Of a stretch of DNA of 64,000 bases, positions 53,280 through 62,909 are shown one piece after another. The stretch comes from a virus (lineage: Duplodnaviria; Caudoviricetes): positions 3,951-67,950 of the IMG/VR virus record IMGVR_UViG_3300006092_000137; one strand, given 5' to 3'. The notes below the pieces were generated by a model. That model worked only from the letters and a program-made list of their open reading frames with translations, did no database searches and was not told where the DNA came from. Made by a program: the position numbers and the translations under genes. Positions within the stretch are counted from its first letter, which is position 1. Each line of letters opens with the position of its first letter.

Positions 53280-54461
53280 ATGGCCGACGCAGCGTTTGAC
53301 CGCATGGTGATTAACCCCCGGGAGCGCCCGCTCTCGTCTGACATCAACGAGCTCCAGTCAGAGGCTGCTCGCACCGCTCGCGAAATGATTCGTGCGTTGA
53401 TGCTGCCGCACAACGTGGACCCTCAGGTGGTGAACAGCAGCTTCACCCCGGTGAGCGGGTTCCATGGCGACGGATTCTACGTGACAGCTGGCGGCGCCCT
53501 TACCCACACCATCAAAGCAGGCTTGGGGTTCATCTTCGATGCGGGAAGCACTGCAACAGACATCGGGTCGGTTTCAAAGCTGGACGATCGCAGCCCGTAC
53601 TACCCGGTGTACCTCTCGGCAGATCAGCCCATCTCCAGCCCAGCGGCCCCTGGCGTCGGTCAGGAGCGTGTGGACATCATCGAAGTCGCTCTGGACCGTC
53701 GCCTGGCTGACTCTGGCAGTCGCGATGTGCTGGACACCGGCTCAGGAGTTTTCACCCCAACGCTGGTGATGAAGACCCTGGCGTACTCGCTGGACGGACG
53801 CACAGGTGTCGTCACCTCGCCTTCCAATTCCACCACGGGCATTGGGTTGAAAGCAGGCGCTTCGCAAGCTGCAGGCACCTACGCAGCCTCAAATGGCGTC
53901 ACCGGGGTTCCAACTGCTACCCCCGGGTACACGATCATCGCGGTCATCTTGGTGACCAACACGGGCGCGGTTGTCCAGGGCGACGTGCGGGACACGCGTT
54001 TCTTGCTTGCACCGGATGGCGTACACCGCTGGGGCTTCGATCTGCTCCAGGTGCCTGGCTCCCCCAACGACACCTTCACCATCGCCAACTACCCTCCAGC
54101 AAGCGCCGGATTCCGCTTTGGCTGTCATCAGACGGCCAGCCCAAGCAACGGTGGAACGATTCGCTGTTACGTTTTCGGGGGCCGCATCAACACGCAGAGC
54201 GGCAGCGTTGTCACTGCGATGAACAAGGCGGGCACGGTTGCCAATGCGAACCGCTTGGTGCGTATGTCTGGCGTCACAGGAGGTTCCGTCACTTCAGCCA
54301 TCAAAGCAGCCCTCGTTGGTGGTGGTACGACCAACCTCGCAGTCGCCATCGGCCAAGAGTACATTTCGTGGGAAATGGACGCGACTCGTCTCATCGACGT
54401 TGGTGACCCGAGTGATGCCAACCGCATCTTCCACGTCATTGGATTGAGCAGCCCCCGGTAA
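53280..54461 (+). CDS. tail fibre-proximal/baseplate protein
   Basis: RVDIIEV...IAVILV...DVRDTR pattern; position. Confidence 0.55.
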   Translation: MADAAFDRMVINPRERPLSSDINELQSEAARTAREMIRALMLPHNVDPQVVNSSFTPVSGFHGDGFYVTAGGALTHTIKAGLGFIFDAGSTATDIGSVSKLDDRSPYYPVYLSADQPISSPAAPGVGQERVDIIEVALDRRLADSGSRDVLDTGSGVFTPTLVMKTLAYSLDGRTGVVTSPSNSTTGIGLKAGASQAAGTYAASNGVTGVPTATPGYTIIAVILVTNTGAVVQGDVRDTRFLLAPDGVHRWGFDLLQVPGSPNDTFTIANYPPASAGFRFGCHQTASPSNGGTIRCYVFGGRINTQSGSVVTAMNKAGTVANANRLVRMSGVTGGSVTSAIKAALVGGGTTNLAVAIGQEYISWEMDATRLIDVGDPSDANRIFHVIGLSSPR

Positions 54462-54472
54462 GGAGCAGGTAA

Positions 54473-56734
54473 ATGCCCCAGGCCCTGATCACTATCAACG
54501 CCGTTGTGGGCAGCGATACCGATCTGCCCATCAACACGCTCGTCCAGCTCGACAACACCAACAGCGGCGGGGAGCTAACCTACACCTGGACCATTCTCGA
54601 TCAACCCCCCGGTACCGTGGACGTGCTGTCTTCGGTGTCGGTACAAAACCCGACCTTCACGCCAAAGAAGGAAGGCACGTACCTGATTCGCCTCATCGTG
54701 AATCAAGGCATGGCGTCAGAACAAGAAGACCGCGTGGTTGCGGCAGTGGTCCAACTTAAGACGTTGGAACGCATCCCCGCCGCTGGTGAGACCACAGAGG
54801 GTGACTCCTCTGACGGTTGGGCAACGGCGATGAACGCCTACATGCGGCGCATCGACACGCTGCTGGGGGACCCCGGCATCTTCGTCGGGGTGAACGCCAG
54901 CGGCGGTACCCTTTCACGCGGCAACGTGCTCCGTGCCACGGCAAGCTCGACCATCAAGTCGGGGCTCCCCGGGCAGGAAGTCGTTCCTGGGTTCAGCAAA
55001 GCCCTGGCAAATACCCTCGCGCAGGTGGACGAGCCCCTCGTCGTTTGCGAGGGCACGCTCAGTGGTGGCAGCTCCGTCGCCAACGGGGCGCTGATGAAGG
55101 TGCGTTTCCTGGGGCGCTACGCTGGGAATACCGGTGGCGTGGCTGCTGTCGGGGACCCCGTCTACGTCTCGGACACCGGCACCATGAGCCTCACTGCTGG
55201 CACCGTGCGCCGCAAGGTTGGCTCTGCGATGACTGCAGGCGCAACCTACGACGTTTGGTTCGCGGGCATGGGTGGTGAGGACATCACCCCAATCGACCGG
55301 GTCTACGTTGTGCACGGCCCCCCGGGCACGTTGACCAACGCCATTCGAGTTGACGGTGGCAACGCCACGGGGCTTACCACCCCTTTCCGTGTCAAAGCTG
55401 GTGACGCTGCAACTGTCCCGTTCCAGGTCCAGGGGTTCCTGGCTGGAACGGATATGCAGCAGTGGTTGAACTCGGGGGGCTCAACCCTCGCACGAATGAC
55501 GAACGCGGGAGACCTGGAGTTCGTGGGTCGAAACGTTCTCATTGGCGTCACCACGAACAACACTTTAGGGTTCCTCACCAACAACGTGGAGCGCTGGCGC
55601 GTTGCCGCGACCGGTGAGCTCCAGGCACAAGGTGCCGATCGAGCAATCCAAAATGTGCTGAATCCGGTGAATGCCCAGGATGCAGCCACCCGAAATTACA
55701 ACGAGCAGTTCACCGCACGCAGCATCCCGCCACGCAACTTCGTGTTGAACAGCGACATGCGTTTCTGGCAACGCGGGACCGCCGCTGTTGCACTAACCAC
55801 TGGGCGTGTGTATCGCGCTGACCGTTGGTACGCCTTCGCCGACGCGGGGGCAGGTTTGAACAGCACCAACTCGCGGCTTGTGGCTGGCGGCGTCAATTAC
55901 AATCAAATCGAGCGTGTGGTCGGTGAGACTCACGTTGGGGCGAAGTACCTCGTCCAGGAAATCGAATACGAGGATGTGACCCACCTGGTAGCTGCTAACA
56001 ACAACAGCGTTGCCGCCTCCGAGCTCCCCATCACGCTTCAAATTTCAGTGGCAAACGGAATTGCCAACACTGCAGGCAGCATCGTCATTGAAGTGCGCAG
56101 CGGCACGTCCGGGATCTACGCGACGGGGTACGTGGGCGACACGCTCTTGGCTACCCAAACTGCTGCCGCGCTCGCCGGAACCTACGTCTTGGAGATTCCT
56201 CCAGGGACCATTCCGACGACTGCGACCCGCATCGCGGTCATCATGAAGTGGACGCAGACGGGTGTCGCAGTTGCCAACCAAGCGGCCATCATCACCAACG
56301 TGCAGCTTTGCATTGGGCGCCCCGCTGGCCCGGCTGGAACGTCGCCTACCAACATCATTCCCGCGCCTAACTACGCGGGCGGTTCGTTCCAAGGGGAGCT
56401 CGCCAGGCTGCAGCGGTACTACGAAAAATCGTATGATGTGGATACCGTGCCCGCGACATTGACTGTCGTGGGGCAACAGCTGGCGAGCGCTGACGCGAAC
56501 ACCGTCATTGAGCAGATGGTTCAATTTCGTGTGACCAAACGCGTGGCGCCCACGTTGACTTTCTACAACCCTGGGGCAGCCAACGCGAACTGGGTGCATG
56601 CTGGTGGGGCGACTGGCATCAACCCCATCAACATCAGCACACGGAACTTCGACCCAGATTTTACGGGCGCACCTGATGCTGTTGCGGCAGGAACCTTCAT
56701 TCGCGGGCACTGGGCAGCAGACGCGGAAATTTAG
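54473..56734 (+). CDS. tail fibre protein (PKD-like N-terminus, carbohydrate-binding C-terminus)
   Basis: LTYTWTILDQPPG; NFVLNSDMRFWQRG...ELARLQRYYEKSY typical of fibre C-terminal domains. Confidence 0.8.
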   Translation: MPQALITINAVVGSDTDLPINTLVQLDNTNSGGELTYTWTILDQPPGTVDVLSSVSVQNPTFTPKKEGTYLIRLIVNQGMASEQEDRVVAAVVQLKTLERIPAAGETTEGDSSDGWATAMNAYMRRIDTLLGDPGIFVGVNASGGTLSRGNVLRATASSTIKSGLPGQEVVPGFSKALANTLAQVDEPLVVCEGTLSGGSSVANGALMKVRFLGRYAGNTGGVAAVGDPVYVSDTGTMSLTAGTVRRKVGSAMTAGATYDVWFAGMGGEDITPIDRVYVVHGPPGTLTNAIRVDGGNATGLTTPFRVKAGDAATVPFQVQGFLAGTDMQQWLNSGGSTLARMTNAGDLEFVGRNVLIGVTTNNTLGFLTNNVERWRVAATGELQAQGADRAIQNVLNPVNAQDAATRNYNEQFTARSIPPRNFVLNSDMRFWQRGTAAVALTTGRVYRADRWYAFADAGAGLNSTNSRLVAGGVNYNQIERVVGETHVGAKYLVQEIEYEDVTHLVAANNNSVAASELPITLQISVANGIANTAGSIVIEVRSGTSGIYATGYVGDTLLATQTAAALAGTYVLEIPPGTIPTTATRIAVIMKWTQTGVAVANQAAIITNVQLCIGRPAGPAGTSPTNIIPAPNYAGGSFQGELARLQRYYEKSYDVDTVPATLTVVGQQLASADANTVIEQMVQFRVTKRVAPTLTFYNPGAANANWVHAGGATGINPINISTRNFDPDFTGAPDAVAAGTFIRGHWAADAEI

Positions 56735-56782
56735 GCCACTGGAACGGCTTGTGGTAAACCCGCTTACAGGAGGCTGGAACCC

Positions 56783-57103
56783 ATGGAAGCTGTGAACAAA
56801 CTGAGTGAAGAAGATCGGCTGAAAATGAATCTCCTGGCGGAGCGCGGACAACGCATCGCAGCGGAGAAAGCAAACCTCGGGCTTGTCGCGAAAGCGCTTG
56901 ACGATGTGTCGCAGAAACTGAACTTCGAGAAAGCGGCGTTCAACAACGAACTGCGCACGAAGTACAAAATCGAAGTGAACGATGAAGTGGACACCACCAC
57001 GGGCGACATCCTTCGTGCGAAGCAGGAAGCGAAGCCTGCTGCACCGGTCGTGCTGGTGCCCGAAGCTCCCAAAGCCGAAGAGACGCAGGCCAAGAGCGCA
57101 TAA
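56783..57103 (+). CDS. small coiled-coil protein (possible fibre chaperone)
   Basis: GGAGG RBS. Confidence 0.6.
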   Translation: MEAVNKLSEEDRLKMNLLAERGQRIAAEKANLGLVAKALDDVSQKLNFEKAAFNNELRTKYKIEVNDEVDTTTGDILRAKQEAKPAAPVVLVPEAPKAEETQAKSA

Positions 57104-57127
57104 GGCGCCCTTCACAAGGAGTGATGC

Positions 57128-57451
57128 ATGGCTGTTCCTGGTTCATCGACACCTTCCGCCGCGTATGGGGCGGTGCAGTTAGACGTCACAGCCAAGCTTG
57201 TGATGACCGCTGCTCAAGCCATTCCACACAATACGTTGGTCGTCCAAAATCTTGGACCTGACCCTATCTACCTCGGATGGGACGCCAACGTGACGGAGGC
57301 CACTGGCATGAAAGTGGCCCAAAACGGTGGACTGTTCCAGGTGGACATCTGCCGGGACGACGCCAAGGGCCCGTTCCTTTACGGCATCGTCGCTGCGGCA
57401 GGGGCACTTCAAGTGACCCCGCTTGACACGAGGTTCTGGGCAATTCGCTGA
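57128..57451 (+). CDS. small beta-rich virion protein
   Basis: VVQNLGPDPIYLG motif. Confidence 0.6.
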   Translation: MAVPGSSTPSAAYGAVQLDVTAKLVMTAAQAIPHNTLVVQNLGPDPIYLGWDANVTEATGMKVAQNGGLFQVDICRDDAKGPFLYGIVAAAGALQVTPLDTRFWAIR

Positions 57452-57468
57452 TGAGGTAGGCTGCTTAC

Positions 57469-57864
57469 GTGGTCATCGACCTGGTGGGCATACTGGATGA
57501 CGGTTCGGCATACGCCCCGGGCATTCCTTTGAACCCACGTAAGCAGCTCAACATCCCCAAAGGCGGTGACGTCACCATTCGCCTGTCGGTGTTCACCCCC
57601 AACGGAGAAGCTGTTTCGCTCGCGTCGCCTGTGGCGCTCGTGTTGACGGTGAAGAACCGCCCCGAGGACAGCGCAATCTTCTCGCGCACGCCAACTGTTG
57701 TCGGTACCGTTGCTTCATTCGCAATCACGCCTGCGGATATGCGCCAGCAAGAAGCTGGCTTTTACGTGTACGACATCTGGTTGACTGACAGCGGTGGCAA
57801 GACGAACCCGGTTGTGCCACTTTCCCCGCTGCAGCTCCAAGCTGCCTCTCGCGCCGTACCTTGA
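57469..57864 (+). CDS. BppU-like Ig-fold tail protein
   Basis: GDVTIRLSV...GFYVYDIWLTD. Confidence 0.55.
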   Translation: MVIDLVGILDDGSAYAPGIPLNPRKQLNIPKGGDVTIRLSVFTPNGEAVSLASPVALVLTVKNRPEDSAIFSRTPTVVGTVASFAITPADMRQQEAGFYVYDIWLTDSGGKTNPVVPLSPLQLQAASRAVP

Positions 57865-57875
57865 AGGAGTAAGCC

Positions 57876-59513
57876 ATGGCCCGTACCCTGCTGCGCAACG
57901 CGACGTCGGCTCCAGTCGTCCTTCCGTTCCCGTTCCAGCGCGTGTTGGGCCCTGGTGTTTCTTCGATCATCCCTCAAGAAATCAGCCTGGTTCAAAAGAC
58001 ACTGGGCGGAGAAGGGGCACTGCAAAACAGCGGGCTCGTCGCGTCTGTCGTTGCTGACAGTAATCCAGCTGACCCGTTCTTAAACCTGTACGTACCGGAC
58101 ACCGGTACGCTTGCTGCCCAGACGCTGAATGTTTCCACCACGGGCAACGACTTGATGGGCGATGGCAGTGTGCTCAAGCCGTTTGCGACGCCTCAAGCGG
58201 CGCTGGACTCACTCCCCAAGCGTCTGCGTTACCTGGTGGACATTGTGCTGGGTGAAGGCAACTTTCCAGGCTTCATCATACAGGGATTTACTTTTGACCC
58301 TGCCAACGCGTCATTGGCCTGCGGTATTCGTATGCGGGGCACGTTGAAAAACGCCACGCTCGCAGCAGGTACTGCTACGGGTACTTTCAGTTCTGTCACG
58401 ACCGGCAATACTACTGCCGATGTCGTGTTCTCGACGGTGACTGATTCAACCCAGACCTGGACGGTCAACGCGCTCAAGGGTTTGTTCCTTGAGGTACTCA
58501 CCGGCACCAGCGCGCTTTCCATTGTCCCCATTCTGGCCAATACGGCGGATACCATCACTGTCCCAGCGACGACTGCGTTTGGTGCTGCGGCTGGTACCTA
58601 CGCAATCCGTGACATGGGTACGGTGATCAACACTGCTGTGGCAGTGGGCGCAAGCATCCCTGCGTCGAATGCGTCAAGCCAGGTCCCAACGCCCATCTTC
58701 GCCTGCGCGGCGATTCAAGGAAATGTTGGCGGGCCGTATGACCTCACCCAGCTACGAATCGAGCAGATCAAGTTCAATCCCACCGGCACTTTGGCTACTG
58801 GTACAGGTGGTTTGTTCGTCAAGAACAACCCCATCGTGGTCAACCGTTGCTGGATCGGCGACGGCGGCGCAACGTCTGGGCGCCCGGTGGTGTGCATCGG
58901 TTCTGCAGCGGGCACGAGTACGTTCTCAAACTGCGTCATCAACCCCACGGTGAACTCCAGCAGCACGGGATTCACGCTTTCCGGCTCTGGTGCAATTGCA
59001 GTCACCAACTCGTTGCTTTCGTCGCTGGCCGCGATCAGTCCGTTCTCGATGGTTACAGCAAGTGGCACCATTCAGCTTTCAGTCACCCTTTGCCAAATTG
59101 ACCGCACTGGCTTTGGAATCACTTGCTCTGGGATATTGCAACTGTCTGTTGTTTCAACCCGAATCGAGCAACCGAGCAATCAGGGAGTTCGATACCGCCC
59201 GTCGCAAGACCTCGTTGGTGGTTGTGGTTCCGTCAGCCTCAGCAGCGTAGCCGTCAACAACATTGCGGCTTCAAGCGCCTTCGCGTTCCAAGGGCGCGTT
59301 AACGTCTTTGCCACGAAGCTCTTTGGCGGTACGAACCAAATAGGCATCGCCATCGACCGTGGGTGCTCGATGAAAATCGATGCGCTCTCGACCATCACTG
59401 GCTCGACGTCGGAGGTTTTAATTGACGGCGTCACCACCACGCTGGCTACGATGCGCAACGCTTCTCCGAAGATCATCACCGATCCGAATTACGGTACCTG
59501 TATCTGGGAGTAA
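57876..59513 (+). CDS. beta-helix (pectin-lyase-like) tailspike/depolymerase candidate
   Basis: NVSTTGNDLMGDGSVLKPFATPQAAL then repeating beta-helix-like segments. Confidence 0.65.
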   Translation: MARTLLRNATSAPVVLPFPFQRVLGPGVSSIIPQEISLVQKTLGGEGALQNSGLVASVVADSNPADPFLNLYVPDTGTLAAQTLNVSTTGNDLMGDGSVLKPFATPQAALDSLPKRLRYLVDIVLGEGNFPGFIIQGFTFDPANASLACGIRMRGTLKNATLAAGTATGTFSSVTTGNTTADVVFSTVTDSTQTWTVNALKGLFLEVLTGTSALSIVPILANTADTITVPATTAFGAAAGTYAIRDMGTVINTAVAVGASIPASNASSQVPTPIFACAAIQGNVGGPYDLTQLRIEQIKFNPTGTLATGTGGLFVKNNPIVVNRCWIGDGGATSGRPVVCIGSAAGTSTFSNCVINPTVNSSSTGFTLSGSGAIAVTNSLLSSLAAISPFSMVTASGTIQLSVTLCQIDRTGFGITCSGILQLSVVSTRIEQPSNQGVRYRPSQDLVGGCGSVSLSSVAVNNIAASSAFAFQGRVNVFATKLFGGTNQIGIAIDRGCSMKIDALSTITGSTSEVLIDGVTTTLATMRNASPKIITDPNYGTCIWE

Positions 59514-59522
59514 GGAGCACAC

Positions 59523-59822
59523 GTGTTCATCATTCCAATGAATCTCGCTGGCACGGACGCCAGCGGCACCCCTGGCGCTGCGACCATCGACAAACCCTGC
59601 GGTCGCGCAGCAATTGCTCTGGGGGCAGCCACGGTGGTCATCACCAATGCCTTGGTCAAGGCGACGAGCTTGGTCGTTCTCATTCCGATGGGGGCTGACG
59701 CGACGGGTATCAACTTGCGCTGTGCACCTGCGGACATCGTGAACGGGGCCTTCACTGCTCGCGTAGACGCAGCCTGCACGGCGGACCTGCCCTTCGGGTT
59801 TCTCGTCTTCAACACGAACTAG
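59523..59822 (+). CDS. small virion protein
   Basis: AGGAG RBS, GTG start; beta-rich. Confidence 0.55.
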   Translation: MFIIPMNLAGTDASGTPGAATIDKPCGRAAIALGAATVVITNALVKATSLVVLIPMGADATGINLRCAPADIVNGAFTARVDAACTADLPFGFLVFNTN

Positions 59823-59834
59823 GTTGGAGGCTCA

Positions 59835-60587
59835 ATGCAGGTCGGGAAGGATCACTGGCTGGAGGTAACAGCAGCGGGCCTACCAGTGGTCCGTCGTGTG
59901 CCTTCGGTGCGTACTATGACGCTGGAAACCCCAATGCCCCTCGGGTTGGTGTGGCATTGGACAGCGGGAAAATGTGTGGCTCCTGGGTATGCCACGGCGC
60001 TCGCCGAAGAGATCCGCACCTACGACAAGACCAGAGATCGTCCCGTGAGCTGGCACGTGCTTATCGCCAAGGACGGACGCATGTTCCAGTCGGTGCCGTT
60101 CAACCAAGGCTCTTGGCACGTCGGGCGCCCGGGCCGCATCGGTGGCGCTCCGCAAAAGACGAATGGGTTCTGGAACGCGGCCACCTTCCCTGAAGGCAAG
60201 CTCTTTGGAAATATCAACCGGGCCACCATTGGCGTTGAACTCGAGAACGCGGGGCGCCTGGAAGTCGTGGATGGAAAGTTTTACTGCTGGCCCTATTGGA
60301 CCAACCCCACTGCACCAGCAGGCGCTCGCACACCAGACCCCACGCTTGAGCTCCCAGAGAGCCGCGCACAGATGATGGCTGGCACCTGGTACGACACCTT
60401 CCCAGCGCCGCAGGAGCAGGCTGCACAACGGCTGGTGCAGGCGTTGGCCATCAAATACAAGTGGTCAAGATCTGTTACTCAATACGGGCATTTGATGTTT
60501 GACCCCGGGCGCAAAGAAGACCCGGGCCCGCTGTGGCTTGAGCTCGCACTTCCAAGAATTCTGGACGGGGTGTTCGGCAAAGAGTAG
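59835..60587 (+). CDS. N-acetylmuramoyl-L-alanine amidase endolysin (Amidase_2)
   Basis: LVWHWTAG, VSWHVLIAKDG, SWHVG, IGVELEN, GH...RKEDPG. Confidence 0.9.
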   Translation: MQVGKDHWLEVTAAGLPVVRRVPSVRTMTLETPMPLGLVWHWTAGKCVAPGYATALAEEIRTYDKTRDRPVSWHVLIAKDGRMFQSVPFNQGSWHVGRPGRIGGAPQKTNGFWNAATFPEGKLFGNINRATIGVELENAGRLEVVDGKFYCWPYWTNPTAPAGARTPDPTLELPESRAQMMAGTWYDTFPAPQEQAAQRLVQALAIKYKWSRSVTQYGHLMFDPGRKEDPGPLWLELALPRILDGVFGKE

Positions 60588-60596
60588 GGTTTGGCC

Positions 60597-60671
60597 TGCG
60601 CGGTAGGGAAGGCTGGTTAACCCGCCAGGCTCATAACCTGGAGATCCTTGGTTCAAATCCAAGCTGCGCAA
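60597..60671 (+). tRNA. tRNA-Met(CAT), initiator-like
   Basis: acceptor TGCGCGG/CTGCGCA-A73, D-stem GGG/CCC, anticodon arm CCAGG-CTCATAA-CCTGG (CAT 60632-34), T-loop TTCAAAT; no encoded CCA. Confidence 0.9.
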
Positions 60672-60685
60672 TTGGGAGGCACCAC

Positions 60686-61246
60686 ATGAAGAAGCACTTG
60701 CTGCTCGCATTGGCCCTGTCCGTTTCGGTTCCCCTGGTTTCAGCAGCCCAAGATGCTTCGGTCGTAATGGATGCAGGCATGGCGATGGCCGCTGATGCCG
60801 GAATGGCTGCAACGGAAGTTGCTGGCGGAGTCCCAAGCTCTGGTGGTTTTTCTGCAAAGGCTTTTTTGGCAGCGGTCGAAGCCCGCAACGGTTGGTTGAT
60901 TGCCGCGCTGATCTTGTTCGGTTTCGTGGGCGGAATGCGCATCGCGGGCCGAAAAATCCACGAGTTCATTCCAGACACCTCGATGTGGGACAAGCCGTTC
61001 TGGTTCTTGTTCGACACCAAGGTGGGCGGGTGGTTGATGAACTGGCTCACGGCTATCGCGGGCGCACTTGGCACCGCACAAGCTGCAGGTGTGCCCGTGG
61101 ATGCGCATGCGTGGCAAATTGCCGTGCTGGCCTCCACCTCCGCGACCACCCTCATTGAGCTCTGGGACGACGTGTCTGAGTGGCTCGCGAAGCGAAAAGC
61201 CGCGAAGGAAGCTGCTGCAGCGGTGCCCAAGGAAGTCAAAAAATGA
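60686..61246 (+). CDS. membrane protein, holin candidate
   Basis: signal-like N-terminus, DAG repeats, about three hydrophobic helices, basic tail; within lysis cassette. Confidence 0.55.
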   Translation: MKKHLLLALALSVSVPLVSAAQDASVVMDAGMAMAADAGMAATEVAGGVPSSGGFSAKAFLAAVEARNGWLIAALILFGFVGGMRIAGRKIHEFIPDTSMWDKPFWFLFDTKVGGWLMNWLTAIAGALGTAQAAGVPVDAHAWQIAVLASTSATTLIELWDDVSEWLAKRKAAKEAAAAVPKEVKK

Positions 61247-61488
61247 AGGTGCCTGTTCCTGTTTCGGGTGTTTGGCTCCGTACCGCTGGTAAGGACCCCA
61301 AGTACCCGAACATGAAAAAGCTGGAAGTCCTCGCTGAGGTGAACGGGACATGGCGCCTGCTCTTCGCTGAGCTGGTGCCCGACTACGAAGGCGAGATCTC
61401 TCACATCCAGGAAGGCAACGGCATCATCTTGGCGCCCCCCGACCCACTGTCCATCGTGATGCAAAGCGGGGTCGAAGCGCGCGCATGA
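61243..61488 (+). CDS. hypothetical protein
   Basis: ATGA coupling. Confidence 0.55.
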   Translation: MKVPVPVSGVWLRTAGKDPKYPNMKKLEVLAEVNGTWRLLFAELVPDYEGEISHIQEGNGIILAPPDPLSIVMQSGVEARA

Positions 61489-61793
61489 TTTACGCCCTGT
61501 TCGCCAGTTTGGCTGCTGGGGCAATTGCGTGTGCGATTCTGGCGAGCCTGTGGAAGGGCGCCCAAGCGGCGCTGGCTGAAGAAAAGGCTGCGCACGCCAA
61601 AACCCAGAATGACCTGATGGCGGTCACCAAAGGTTTGGAGCTTTCGGAAGCTTCCCGGGGGGATGAAAAGGCCCGGGCAGAGGCCATGGTCGTAAAGCTC
61701 AAACAGGAGATCACCAGCCTTGAAAACGACCTTGTGGCTTGCGGCGACCCTGACCTTGTCCGCGAGCGGCTTCGCCAGCTGCTCAGCGCTTAA
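61485..61793 (+). CDS. i-spanin (Rz-like) candidate
   Basis: N-terminal TM then coiled coil. Confidence 0.7.
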   Translation: MIYALFASLAAGAIACAILASLWKGAQAALAEEKAAHAKTQNDLMAVTKGLELSEASRGDEKARAEAMVVKLKQEITSLENDLVACGDPDLVRERLRQLLSA

Positions 61794-62046
61794 GGCGCGC
61801 TGCCCGCAACCCCCTGTAATTACACTACCCCCTCAGGAGTGCCTTTTAGAGGCGCCCCCACCCCCTCCAAATGTGGCCATTCTAGGCCCCGACGCGGGCT
61901 GTCCTGCGACGTTCGTGGCTTGCCTGGACATGAGGGGCACTCAGGGCTTGGTGAAGCACCTGGGGCAAATGCGGCGCTGGCAGGACGAAGCTTGGCTTCG
62001 ATGCGGCCCAAAGCCTGACGCAGGGGTTCCTGACGGGGGTTTTTAG
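61720..62046 (+). CDS. o-spanin (Rz1-like) lipoprotein candidate
   Basis: overlaps 3' end of i-spanin; lipobox-like FASC; Pro-rich. Confidence 0.7.
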   Translation: MKTTLWLAATLTLSASGFASCSALKARCPQPPVITLPPQECLLEAPPPPPNVAILGPDAGCPATFVACLDMRGTQGLVKHLGQMRRWQDEAWLRCGPKPDAGVPDGGF

Positions 62047-62576
62047 CCCTCGACCCCGTTCGGGGGTTGAGCCAAGTGCAGCACCGTCGTGAACGGGTCT
62101 GCCACGTGGGTGCCGTTGACCTTCTGCGCGGCGGTGACCGGAGCGGCTTTCTCGCCCTTCTTTGGGATCTTCGCAGCTTCGCGGTGCTGGTTCAGCTCCT
62201 TCAGCAGAGCGAACCAATGCTCCTGGCGAATGATGACGACGGCTTTTTGGCCGTCGTCTTTGCAGTGGGCAATTGGGCGCACGGTGATGGGGGCCTTGGC
62301 CTTTTCGAGAGCTTCCTCAGCCTGCTCCAGCGCCGCGCGGTAATTCACGCGCTGGTGGTGCTTGGCTTCTACCCAGAGGTCTGGCACGTTCTCCACGTCA
62401 GGCGCGTCGTGGCCTTCACGGGCCTGCCAACCGCGCTTAATGCTCTCTCCGTAGATGGCGCGGTATTCGGCAGCAACCTCTCGCTCGAAGACTTTGCCTT
62501 TGCGGCGTGAACGTTTACCAGTACGGGACAGCTCAGCGGGGGACCGTTTGGACTTACCTTTTGCCATGGTGCTCAA
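62043..62576 (-). CDS. Holliday-junction resolvase-like PD-(D/E)XK nuclease
   Basis: SRRKGKVFEREVA...APDV...WVEAKH. Confidence 0.8.
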   Translation of the reverse strand: MSTMAKGKSKRSPAELSRTGKRSRRKGKVFEREVAAEYRAIYGESIKRGWQAREGHDAPDVENVPDLWVEAKHHQRVNYRAALEQAEEALEKAKAPITVRPIAHCKDDGQKAVVIIRQEHWFALLKELNQHREAAKIPKKGEKAAPVTAAQKVNGTHVADPFTTVLHLAQPPNGVEG

Positions 62577-62579
62577 CTT

Positions 62580-62909
62580 TCAATAGCGCTGAGGATCTCT
62601 GGGAGAGCTCGGCGGCGGAATGGCGGCTTCTTCAAATTTTGCCGCTTCGGTGAGAACAACCTTGAGACCTTGAACAACACCCATGGCTATCGCGATGGAA
62701 AGCGAACGCGTATTGATGTCAGCGCCTTGGAGCTTGTAAAACTCCTGGGCGCAAGCATCGGCGATGCTCGAAGTCAGTGGGTCAAGCTGTATGGTTTTTG
62801 AACCCGTTGTTGAACTGAAGCCGCGCGTCTCGTCGATGAAATGTGATCTGCGCGTGGCCCCAAGGTACTCAGCTGCAGCAATGGCATTTAAAATGTCGAG
62901 CGCCTTCAC
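62580..62909 (-). CDS. hypothetical protein
   Basis: GTG start overlapping upstream TGA (track start 63032 overlaps HTH gene). Confidence 0.5.
   Translation of the reverse strand: MKALDILNAIAAAEYLGATRRSHFIDETRGFSSTTGSKTIQLDPLTSSIADACAQEFYKLQGADINTRSLSIAIAMGVVQGLKVVLTEAAKFEEAAIPPPSSPRDPQRY

Noticed and set aside
62048-62072. Hairpin CTCGACCCC/GGGGTTGAG as an intrinsic terminator
   Set aside because: Lies inside the resolvase 3' end with no U-tract on the proper side for either strand; may still be a pause site at the convergence.
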